DNA from: a virus
UHGV virus genome: UHGV-0190047
Strand: one strand, 5' to 3'
DNA: 8,162 nt
Shown: one piece after another, positions 1-5,069 of the stretch
Layout: every line of letters begins with the position of its first letter
Numbering within the stretch: the first letter of the stretch is position 1
Position numbers and translations under genes: made by a program
The notes under the pieces: generated by a model
Seen by the model: only the letters and a program-made list of their open reading frames with translations
Databases searched by the model: none
What the model was told of the DNA's origin: nothing

Positions 1-45
1 ATATATTTAGGCGACTTTTATAAATTGATAAGGAGGTGTTTGTTT

Positions 46-330
46 ATGTTGAAGATTAAGAATGCGGTTAAGAAGTATCGTTCCATCCCTGTCGCCACTG
101 GTGTTGCGTCTGTTGCTATGGCTTTCCCGGCTTTTGCTGAGGGCGGTACTCCGGCCACGGGCCTTGACAGTCTGTTAGCCACGTTTTCTGTGGTTACGGC
201 CTGGCTTTGGAAGGAGTGTGGGCTTCTGCTCACCTGGATTTTAAGCCAGCCTATCCTTTTGGCCGCCATGTGTCTGTTCTTCGCTGGCGCCGTGGTTGCG
301 TTCTTCATGCGCATTTACCATCAGGTATGA
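46..330 (+). CDS. Inovirus major coat protein (g8p)-like precursor: signal peptide plus hydrophobic mature peptide
   Basis: SD AAGGAGG at 30-36 sits 9 nt upstream of ATG 46. The track ORF starting at 25 is probably 7 codons too long. Predicted signal peptide MLKIKNAVKKYRSIPVATGVASVAMAFPAFA, then mature EGGTPATGLDSLLATF. This junction closely parallels M13 g8p (...PMLSFA-AEGDDPAKAAFDSLQASAT), sharing the AEG / P-A / DSL-A pattern. Two hydrophobic helices follow. The C-terminus is not strongly basic, which is atypical for a coat protein. Confidence 0.55.
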   Translation: MLKIKNAVKKYRSIPVATGVASVAMAFPAFAEGGTPATGLDSLLATFSVVTAWLWKECGLLLTWILSQPILLAAMCLFFAGAVVAFFMRIYHQV

Positions 331-334
331 TTCA

Positions 335-356
335 GAAGGGGACCCCGGTCCCCTTC
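335..356 (+). terminator. perfect GC-rich palindrome (GAAGGGGACC CC GGTCCCCTTC) directly after the coat-like gene
   Basis: 10-nt arms, seen directly. No U-tract follows, so it may act as an attenuator or RNA-stability hairpin rather than a full terminator. Its position is analogous to the strong terminator after gVIII in Ff phages. Confidence 0.35.
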
Positions 357-374
357 CCCCATTGAGGTGATTTT

Positions 375-536
375 ATGATTGATTTATTCAACCTTTTTAT
401 AGATGTGATTCTGTTCCCCATGTCCCCGGATGCCTTTACCCTTGATACGAATATTATGTGGCAGTTCATGCTTTTAATCCTTCTTCCGGTGGGTCTTATC
501 CGCATTGTGAAACAGCTTGTTAAGGGGGTGTTTTAA
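375..536 (+). CDS. small (53 aa) single-pass membrane protein; candidate minor virion or assembly protein
   Basis: Not in the ORF track because it is under 60 aa. ATG at 375 with GAGGTG 6 nt upstream. Hydrophobic core WQFMLLILLPVGLIRIV. Its TAA stop (534-536) overlaps the ATG (536-538) of the downstream Zot-like gene by one nucleotide, suggesting translational coupling. Confidence 0.45.
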   Translation: MIDLFNLFIDVILFPMSPDAFTLDTNIMWQFMLLILLPVGLIRIVKQLVKGVF

Positions 537-1336
537 TGTATGCGTTTTCTGTTCTACTCTTTGGCTTTGGTATGTTTTGGATTGTCTTTTTTGCTTATCA
601 TTTCTTTAAGTATCGCAATCCATATAAGCTCTTTATGGTCTTTGGCAAGAAAGGTAGTGGCAAGACTACGCTCATGTGTAAGATGGCACTTAAATACCGT
701 AAGAAGGGGTGGCACGTCTATAGCAACGTGCATATACCTGGAACTTATCACTTCGATACCGTTGATATTGGTGTTGCCCATTTTCCTGAAAATTCTATCC
801 TGCTTATAGATGAGGTTGGAATGGTTTGGGATAACCGTGATTTTAAGAATTTTAAGACACATACACGTGATTATTTTAAGCTTCAGCGTCATTACCGTAA
901 CATTGTGTATTTGTTTTCCCAGTCGTTTGACGTGGATAAAAAAATCAGGGACTTGACAGACCGGATGTATTTGACTAAAAATTTCTTCAACTGTTTTTCC
1001 CTTGCCCGCAGTATTGATAAAAGGATTACCATTGTACATGCAAATGAAGGCCAGGGTGTTTCCACTTTGGCGGATGATATGGATTTTACTCCCCTTTGGC
1101 TTTTCTGGTGCGGTGCTGTTAAGGTTACATATATTCCTAAGTATGTTAAGTACTTTAATTCTTATGATGTTCCCGCACTGGTTCCTGCTAATTATGATTA
1201 CACCCCCATTCCCTCTGTTCCATCTTTCAGGGAACGTTTTGTTTCCTTCCTCCAGGCGGCTGGCCCGCGCTTGCACCGCAGCGCGGGTGCCGTCAGGAGG
1301 AAGCTTCCCCGGCTCACGATTCGTCGTAAGAAATAA
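536..1336 (+). CDS. Zot / inovirus pI family P-loop NTPase (phage assembly ATPase)
   Basis: Walker A GKKGSGKT (aa 37-44), a SNVH segment, and Walker B ILLIDEVGMVWDNR. This matches the Zot architecture seen in CTXphi Zot (GAPGSYKT ... ITNVRG ... FLFIDECGRIW). A hydrophobic segment FTPLWLFWCGAV after the ATPase domain matches the Zot/pI membrane anchor. GGGGGTG lies 6 nt upstream and the start is coupled to the preceding ORF. An alternative internal start at 635 would remove the N-terminal hydrophobic 33 aa. Confidence 0.8.
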   Translation: MYAFSVLLFGFGMFWIVFFAYHFFKYRNPYKLFMVFGKKGSGKTTLMCKMALKYRKKGWHVYSNVHIPGTYHFDTVDIGVAHFPENSILLIDEVGMVWDNRDFKNFKTHTRDYFKLQRHYRNIVYLFSQSFDVDKKIRDLTDRMYLTKNFFNCFSLARSIDKRITIVHANEGQGVSTLADDMDFTPLWLFWCGAVKVTYIPKYVKYFNSYDVPALVPANYDYTPIPSVPSFRERFVSFLQAAGPRLHRSAGAVRRKLPRLTIRRKK

Positions 1337-1340
1337 TGAT

Positions 1341-1373
1341 GACTTCGGACCCCCGTCTAATTAGGTCCGAAGT
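1341..1373 (+). terminator. 11-bp stem hairpin (GACTTCGGACC ... GGTCCGAAGTC) after the Zot-like gene
   Basis: Perfect inverted repeat with an 11-nt loop, 5 nt after the TAA stop. The downstream sequence is moderately T-rich (TTCTTTCACTTTGTTTCATTC) but there is no immediate U-run. Confidence 0.4.
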
Positions 1374-1430
1374 CCTGAAAAATTCTTTCACTTTGTTTCA
1401 TTCTTAACAATCTTTTTGGAGGTCTTGCTC

Positions 1431-2351
1431 ATGCTTTACTACTTCAACCCACTCCTTGAGGATGGTATTTTTTACTCCTGTGATTCCCTTCGTTACTCGT
1501 TTGAATTCCCGGATATAGATACAGTGGAATCCTTTCTTACTCTCCTCTCCCATCTGCCCGGCTCCACGTCCTATACATCTTATAAAGATTTTGACTATCG
1601 GTATTTATATGTGTTTGGAATGAAGGGAATGTCATTCAGTATTGGCTGTTGCATGAATGGTGTAAAGAAAGAAACTGTCTTACAGGGTTTCCTGGATTTC
1701 AACCCTAATAAGTTACTTGGAGAGGTTGCTTATGGTGATGGCTTTCTTCGTACCATAGTATCTCCCTTTACCCAGGAGGAAACCTCCTTCTGTGATTTAC
1801 GGGACCAGATAGGCGACATTCTGAGGGATGTATTAGACCAGCTTTTTGTAAGTGTGGAATCTATAAGAATCAAAAGATGGGATTTAGCAGTTGATGTGCC
1901 GTATGGTCGTGATTGTGTACAGTTGATTAAGGATAACCGGAAATACAGCCAGTTTTACAAATCGTCTCAGGATTTCACTGAGTACTTAGGTTCCATGTCC
2001 AGTCCAGGCCGTGTCAAAATTTACAATAAGCAGTTGGAGGCGGAACTTGATTATCCCCTTACTCGGATTGAGGTCACGTTGGATAGTCTGGATTATATAG
2101 ATTGCTGCCGATGCTGGCCCAATGTCTATACTCGTAAAGTGATTGACTTAGCGGAGACAAAGGTCATTGTGCAGTTGCTTGCAGAACAACCTGTTGACAA
2201 AATGGACTATTATCTCCGCCAGATGTCGGCCCCTACGAAACGTAGATACAAGGCCCTGCTTCTGGAACGTCCCTTTGAGGTTGCAGGTCCTGTTTTTAAC
2301 AAGTTGCGGAATCAGTTATTGAGATATCAGGAGGGAAATTTTTATGAGTAA
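1431..2351 (+). CDS. Rep_trans-family rolling-circle replication initiator (gII/RstA analogue)
   Basis: The motif TEYLGSMSSPGRVKIYNKQLEAE......TRIEVTL fits the Rep_trans signature (T.Y.GSR.S...RIYdK..E ... R.E..L) found in pT181 RepC/RepD and CTXphi RstA. WDLAVDV resembles the upstream conserved R.D.A.D block. GGAGGT at 1418-1423 sits 7 nt before ATG 1431. The track's TTG start at 1416 is less likely. Confidence 0.7.
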   Translation: MLYYFNPLLEDGIFYSCDSLRYSFEFPDIDTVESFLTLLSHLPGSTSYTSYKDFDYRYLYVFGMKGMSFSIGCCMNGVKKETVLQGFLDFNPNKLLGEVAYGDGFLRTIVSPFTQEETSFCDLRDQIGDILRDVLDQLFVSVESIRIKRWDLAVDVPYGRDCVQLIKDNRKYSQFYKSSQDFTEYLGSMSSPGRVKIYNKQLEAELDYPLTRIEVTLDSLDYIDCCRCWPNVYTRKVIDLAETKVIVQLLAEQPVDKMDYYLRQMSAPTKRRYKALLLERPFEVAGPVFNKLRNQLLRYQEGNFYE

Positions 2352-2523
2352 ACCAGTTGGAAAAATCAAGGTCAATGTATATCTTACAAAGATACAATAC
2401 AATCAGCTCTGCCGTTATATGGAATTTTGTGAATGCTATTCCACCCCGGCTGAAATGGCAACAAGACTTGTCCAGGTTGGTCTGGCCGAAGCAATCAAAC
2501 GTGGGGCAATTAAAGAGGATTAA
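2344..2523 (+). CDS. small (59 aa) ribbon-helix-helix-like DNA-binding protein
   Basis: Not in the track (59 aa). ATG 2344 overlaps the Rep stop (ATGAGTAA). Strong SD AGGAGGG at 2329-2335 with 8 nt spacing. N-terminus KIKVNVYLTKIQYNQL has an RHH-type beta-strand (V.VYL) followed by two predicted helices. The RHH loop lacks the usual Gly, so the fold call is tentative. Confidence 0.45.
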   Translation: MSKPVGKIKVNVYLTKIQYNQLCRYMEFCECYSTPAEMATRLVQVGLAEAIKRGAIKED

Positions 2524-2527
2524 AAGT

Positions 2528-2617
2528 ATGATATTAAATCTCAAAGTTTTTCTTGTTTTGTTTTTTATTATGATTATACTTCTTATCTATTTTTACTGGC
2601 CACGTGATTATCCGTAA
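2528..2617 (+). CDS. 29-aa hydrophobic peptide (possible small membrane or virion protein)
   Basis: ATG 2528 with GAGGA 7 nt upstream. Sequence MILNLKVFLVLFFIMIILLIYFYWPRDYP. It is the C-terminal part of track ORF 2357..2617, whose N-terminal part overlaps the better-supported 2344 gene in another frame. The size class resembles inovirus g7p/g9p. Its TAA stop lies inside the left inverted repeat of 63-bp element A. Confidence 0.3.
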   Translation: MILNLKVFLVLFFIMIILLIYFYWPRDYP

Positions 2618-2676
2618 CACATAGTCGCGCCGGCTCCGGCCTGGCCAGGAATCACCTGCAGGTGAAAATGTGTTAC
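2614..2676. repeat. 63-bp element A: GTAACACAT ... ATGTGTTAC terminal IRs enclosing three palindromes
   Basis: 9-bp terminal inverted repeats. Internal GCCGG-CT-CCGGC (2629-2640), CCTGGCCAGG (2640-2649) and CACCTGCAGGTG (2653-2664). Lies between the stop of the 2528..2617 gene and the start of 2692. Confidence 0.7.
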
Positions 2677-2691
2677 AGAATGGGGGTAAAT

Positions 2692-3024
2692 ATGAAAGAC
2701 ACAAAGAATAATATCCGTTCCTTCCGCTACTCTGACCGGGTAGCTCAGATATTGGAATCCATGGAAGGCGACAGCTTAAACGCAAAGTTTGAGAATCTGG
2801 TACTCTTCTGTCATGATCGTCTCCCGGAAGTCCAGAAAAAGTATGATATGTATAAGTCCATGGCTGATAGGCAATGGAATGAATTTATGGAATTGTCGGA
2901 TTTGCGGGATGGCATTAAGCGTGATTTAAGGAATGTAGAAAACAAGCTTTGCTCTTTGGATGAGTTGTTGGAATTTACGGAAAGTCGTTGCAAGGCTGTC
3001 ATGGAACATAAAGAGGAATTGTAA
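2692..3024 (+). CDS. RHH-like N-terminal domain plus C-terminal coiled coil; putative transcriptional regulator
   Basis: ATG 2692 preceded by GGGGGT. The track's GTG start at 2662 lies inside repeat element A. IRSFRYS (beta) - DRVAQILESME (helix) - GDS - LNAKFENLVLF (helix) matches the RHH fold pattern, including the G-x-S loop. The C-terminal 60 aa are charged and helical. The gene is bracketed exactly by 63-bp elements A and B, and its TAA stop lies in B's left inverted repeat. Confidence 0.5.
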   Translation: MKDTKNNIRSFRYSDRVAQILESMEGDSLNAKFENLVLFCHDRLPEVQKKYDMYKSMADRQWNEFMELSDLRDGIKRDLRNVENKLCSLDELLEFTESRCKAVMEHKEEL

Positions 3025-3083
3025 CACATGATTGTCCAGGCTCCAGCTGTGATGAGGAACTACCTGGAGGAAATTTGTGTTAC
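3021..3083. repeat. 63-bp element B (GTAACACA ... TGTGTTAC)
   Basis: Same length and termini as A. Shares GGCTCC at positions 19-24 and an ACCTGGAGG internal inverted repeat. Begins at the TAA stop of the 2692..3024 gene. Confidence 0.7.
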
Positions 3084-3095
3084 ATAGATAAAGAT

Positions 3096-3125
3096 ATCCC
3101 CGGCATAGCGCCGGGGATTTTATTG
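3096..3125. terminator. bidirectional rho-independent terminator between convergent genes
   Basis: Stem ATCCCCGGC / GCCGGGGAT (9 bp, 5-nt loop) followed by TTTTATTG on the + strand and TCTTTATCTA on the - strand. Located between the 2692..3024 (+) and 3126..3359 (-) genes. Confidence 0.6.
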
Positions 3126-3359
3126 TTAGAGTGCTTTTGGCAATATGCCTTTTGCTTCCAGGACTTCCACTATTGTTTCGATATCTTGTCTAGTTTCCCG
3201 GAATCCTTTTCTCATTTCGTATTCTAAATTTGTGATACGATTATCTAGGTTGCTTATGCGGTTGTCCATATTACTGAGACGATTGTCCAGGTTCGTAAGT
3301 TTTAAATTAATCGGTTCCAGCATTTGTCTCATTGCTTCTAAAATCTCTGTGTCTGTCAT
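3126..3359 (-). CDS. coiled-coil protein with tandem 7-aa repeats (LTNLDNR/LSNMDNR/ISNLDNR/ITNLEYE)
   Basis: Strong SD AAGGAGGA 8 nt upstream of the ATG on the - strand (revcomp of 3360-3375). Heptad repeats are encoded by three imperfect 21-bp DNA repeats at about 3222-3300. Convergent with the 2692..3024 gene across a bidirectional terminator. Function unknown. Confidence 0.6.
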   Translation of the reverse strand: MTDTEILEAMRQMLEPINLKLTNLDNRLSNMDNRISNLDNRITNLEYEMRKGFRETRQDIETIVEVLEAKGILPKAL

Positions 3360-3435
3360 TTTACTGTCCTCCTTGATATTCTTCTTACATCATATCATTA
3401 AAATTCGTTCTCGTCCATCCTGGTGCGTTGTAGAC

Positions 3436-3684
3436 CTATTTCATGCTGATATCTCCATGTATGGTCCCGGCTACTATGCCTTTGTTGGTTTTCACTTGGA
3501 TTCCTGGTGTGCCATTCATGTCTTTTTCTATTAATGCTATCATGTAGGCTGCAAAGGATTTATAGCCACTTTGTTTCCAATGGTTTTCTATGATTTCTTT
3601 TTGACCTTTTGCTACTCTGAACCTTAATTCTTCATATTTTTCTTTGTTATATTCGTTGTTGTATTTTACTTTATCATATGCCAT
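3436..3684 (-). CDS. ribbon-helix-helix family DNA-binding protein; candidate phage repressor
   Basis: LRFRVAKGQKEIIENHWKQSGYKSFAAYMIALIEKDM matches the beta-alpha-(G.S)-alpha RHH pattern typical of CopG/Arc/MobC-like proteins. Start MAYDK at 3684 has AAAGGAAA 10 nt upstream. The longer track ORF (to 3840) reads through the operator repeats and is probably not coding. It sits upstream of, and is likely co-transcribed with, the coiled-coil gene. Confidence 0.65.
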   Translation of the reverse strand: MAYDKVKYNNEYNKEKYEELRFRVAKGQKEIIENHWKQSGYKSFAAYMIALIEKDMNGTPGIQVKTNKGIVAGTIHGDISMK

Positions 3685-3707
3685 TTTGATTAGTTTCCTT
3701 TCGCTAG

Positions 3708-3785
3708 ACATGTGCGCATGTGAAAAATAACTAATAACATGTGCGCATGTTTGTATGTTTTGTATATGTACACATGCGCACATGT
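3708..3785. promoter_or_regulatory. operator array: three copies of ACATGTGCGCATGT (two direct, one inverted) in the divergent control region
   Basis: Copies at 3708-3721, 3738-3751 and, inverted as ACATGCGCACATGT, 3772-3785. Centre-to-centre spacing is 30 and 34 bp, roughly three helical turns. Immediately upstream of the - strand RHH gene, overlapping the + strand promoter region. Confidence 0.5.
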
Positions 3786-3786
3786 T

Positions 3787-3795
3787 TGATATAAT
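3787..3795 (+). promoter_or_regulatory. extended -10 promoter element TGATATAAT for the rightward operon
   Basis: TGnTATAAT match abutting operator copy 3. A roughly 100-nt leader follows before the SD at 3889. Confidence 0.35.
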
Positions 3796-3826
3796 ATTAG
3801 TGTAAGGATAAGTCATGATTAAGCGC

Positions 3827-3883
3827 TTAGTTAGTATCATTTTAACACAAATTTAGTTAGTCTACAAGGATGATTTAGTTAGT
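3827..3883 (+). repeat. three direct copies of TTAGTTAGT in the 5' leader of the 3904 operon (a fourth copy at 4554-4562 upstream of the g5p-like gene)
   Basis: Exact 9-mers at 3827-3835, 3853-3861, 3875-3883 and 4554-4562. The last copy in each location lies 6-12 nt 5' of the SD. Confidence 0.5.
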
Positions 3884-3903
3884 TGGTTAAGGAGGGTTTT
3901 GTT

Positions 3904-4107
3904 ATGACAGTTGAACAGATTTTAGCATTGCCGATTATTAAAGATGATACACATATTTTTATTCGTACCGAAGCGTTTGAGCTTCGCGCTTGCTTAACCC
4001 GTTTACATCCACAAATATTGCGTTGGTATCCTTATGATGTAATGGCATTTTCCTGGGATGATGATAACCAGGTTTATATTACCATATATTCGGGGGTGCA
4101 ACTATGA
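3904..4107 (+). CDS. hypothetical 67-aa protein, first gene of rightward operon
   Basis: SD AAGGAGGG at 3889-3896, 7 nt before ATG 3904. The track start at 3883 is probably too long. No recognisable motif. Confidence 0.55.
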   Translation: MTVEQILALPIIKDDTHIFIRTEAFELRACLTRLHPQILRWYPYDVMAFSWDDDNQVYITIYSGVQL

Positions 4108-4343
4108 TGGATAAAAAGCGTATCCGTGAAACACTTAATGATGCTGTAGAACGGTATCTTCTTGGTGATGTTGATGGTGATTTCCGTTTTAACTATATTT
4201 GGCTTACTGCCCAACTGAGTTTTGCATGTACCATTGATGCAATTACTTTTGAAGAGCGTGATACTTTGCGCAGGGTTGTCACTCACGCTTATAAAACTAA
4301 CAGGAGGGGTCCAGAATGCGTAGACTTTCCAAGGCTCTCTTAG
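4104..4343 (+). CDS. hypothetical 79-aa protein
   Basis: ATGA start/stop overlap with the previous gene. GGGGGTG 5 nt upstream. No recognisable motif. Confidence 0.55.
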   Translation: MMDKKRIRETLNDAVERYLLGDVDGDFRFNYIWLTAQLSFACTIDAITFEERDTLRRVVTHAYKTNRRGPECVDFPRLS

Positions 4344-4495
4344 AGCAGGAACAAAATGAAACCAGCGTGGCAATCTGTCGTGCCATGGCTATGCATGACC
4401 AGTGCAGGGTGGATGTATTACAGTATCATTTTTCCCGCCTGGAGCTTATCTTGGCCTATATCAATGAAAAGGCCGATGATATTCCGTCAATTTAG
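4316..4495 (+). CDS. hypothetical 59-aa protein
   Basis: Not in the track. ATG 4316 with strong SD AGGAGGGG at 4302-4309. Overlaps the 3' end of the 4104..4343 gene by 28 nt in another frame. Stop TAG at 4493-4495. Confidence 0.4.
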   Translation: MRRLSKALLEQEQNETSVAICRAMAMHDQCRVDVLQYHFSRLELILAYINEKADDIPSI

Positions 4496-4582
4496 TGTGT
4501 TTCTCTAGGGTATCCCCTGCGGCTCTGCCCTGGGTTGCAATATAACAATCAAATTAGTTAGTTAAGAAAGAGAGGATTTATT

Positions 4583-4843
4583 ATGGTATATCAGATTTTA
4601 GGAATTGAGAGATTTGAAGGCATTTCAAAGAAAACAGGAAAACCCTATGATTTCACCCGCTTTTATGCGGTTCCTTCCCGGCACTCTGATAAAGTTCGCG
4701 GCATCCGTGTTGAAAATGTAGATATCTGGAATGGTGAATATGCCCCGGATATTTCCGGTATTCATCCAGATGATTTTGTGGATATTTCCTATGGCCGTGG
4801 CGGTTTTGTCGAAGAATGCCGGGTAGTGGACTCTCCGAAGTAG
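4583..4843 (+). CDS. g5p-like ssDNA-binding protein (inovirus gene V analogue)
   Basis: 86 aa, against 87 aa for M13 g5p. KKTGKPYDFTRFYAV parallels M13 g5p SRQGKPYSLNEQLCYV. The C-terminal DISYGRGGFVEECRVV loosely parallels SFKVGQFGSLMIDRLRLV. SD AGAGGA 6 nt upstream. Followed by a structured GC-rich intergenic region. Confidence 0.55.
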   Translation: MVYQILGIERFEGISKKTGKPYDFTRFYAVPSRHSDKVRGIRVENVDIWNGEYAPDISGIHPDDFVDISYGRGGFVEECRVVDSPK

Positions 4844-4854
4844 TGGATGCACAA

Positions 4855-4890
4855 ACTCCCGGCCCCCGGTATTACCTAGGGGCCGGGAGT
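4855..4890. promoter_or_regulatory. 12-bp GC-rich stem hairpin (ACTCCCGGCCCC / GGGGCCGGGAGT) downstream of the g5p-like gene
   Basis: Perfect stem with a 12-nt loop. The local GC content is much higher than the surrounding sequence. A second weaker hairpin (CTGCTCC / GGAGCAG) lies at 4919-4969. Confidence 0.4.
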
Positions 4891-4983
4891 ACTCCTTTAC
4901 CTTGACTGCAAGAAGCGCCTGCTCCCTAACGGTCGCGAACCATCATGCCTGGATGAGCCTGCGGAGCAGCGAACATAAGAAAT

Positions 4984-5046
4984 GTAACACCTAGAGGTTG
5001 CAGCTCCGTCCGGGCCAGGGATTTACTGAAGCTAAAAATGTGTTAC
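4984..5046. repeat. 63-bp element C (GTAACACC ... ATGTGTTAC)
   Basis: Same length and termini. Shares GCTCC and GCCAGG blocks and the A-run before the right inverted repeat. Lies 23 bp upstream of the 5070 gene. A lone TGTAACA half-site occurs at 5277-5283 at the 3' end of that gene. Confidence 0.7.
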
Positions 5047-5069
5047 AAACTTTAAAGGTTGGTGACAAG

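Noticed and set aside
18-314. 98-aa ORF on the - strand
   Set aside because: Antisense to the coat-like gene, which has a clear SD, a signal peptide and M13-like motifs. No start context supports the antisense ORF.
554-1276. 240-aa ORF on the - strand
   Set aside because: Lies entirely antisense to the well-supported Zot-like ATPase gene. It has no SD and no recognisable motifs, so it is a typical shadow ORF.
540-1364. track ORFs 540..809 and 1002..1364 in alternative + frames
   Set aside because: They are nested in the Zot-like gene in other frames, with no independent RBS.
2357-2617. 86-aa track ORF MEKSRSMYIL...
   Set aside because: No SD before 2357. Its N-terminal two-thirds overlaps, in another frame, the SD-supported and Rep-coupled 59-aa gene at 2344. 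Only its C-terminal 29 codons (from ATG 2528, which has its own SD) were kept.
2629-2664. a run of restriction-site palindromes in element A (GCCGGC, TGGCCA, CTGCAG, CACCTGC) that could suggest a synthetic polylinker
   Set aside because: Copies B and C are diverged natural versions of the same element without these sites, and the surrounding context is entirely phage-like, so an artificial origin is unlikely.
3145-3534. 129-aa + strand ORF
   Set aside because: Antisense to the SD-supported coiled-coil gene and the RHH gene on the - strand, with a serine/leucine/isoleucine-rich translation typical of antisense frames.
3436-3840. long 134-aa form of the - strand RHH ORF
   Set aside because: The N-terminal extension is the translation of the ACATGTGCGCATGT operator repeats (giving C/H-rich CACVHIQNIQTCAHV). 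It lacks an SD, whereas the shorter MAYDK start at 3684 has one.
2614-5046. integron attC sites or XerCD dif-like attP as the identity of the 63-bp elements
   Set aside because: The termini GTAACAC / GTGTTAC do not fit the attC core GTTRRRY or inverse core RYYYAAC, and no 11-6-11 XerC/XerD arrangement is present. The analogy is kept only as a mechanistic hypothesis, not an annotation.
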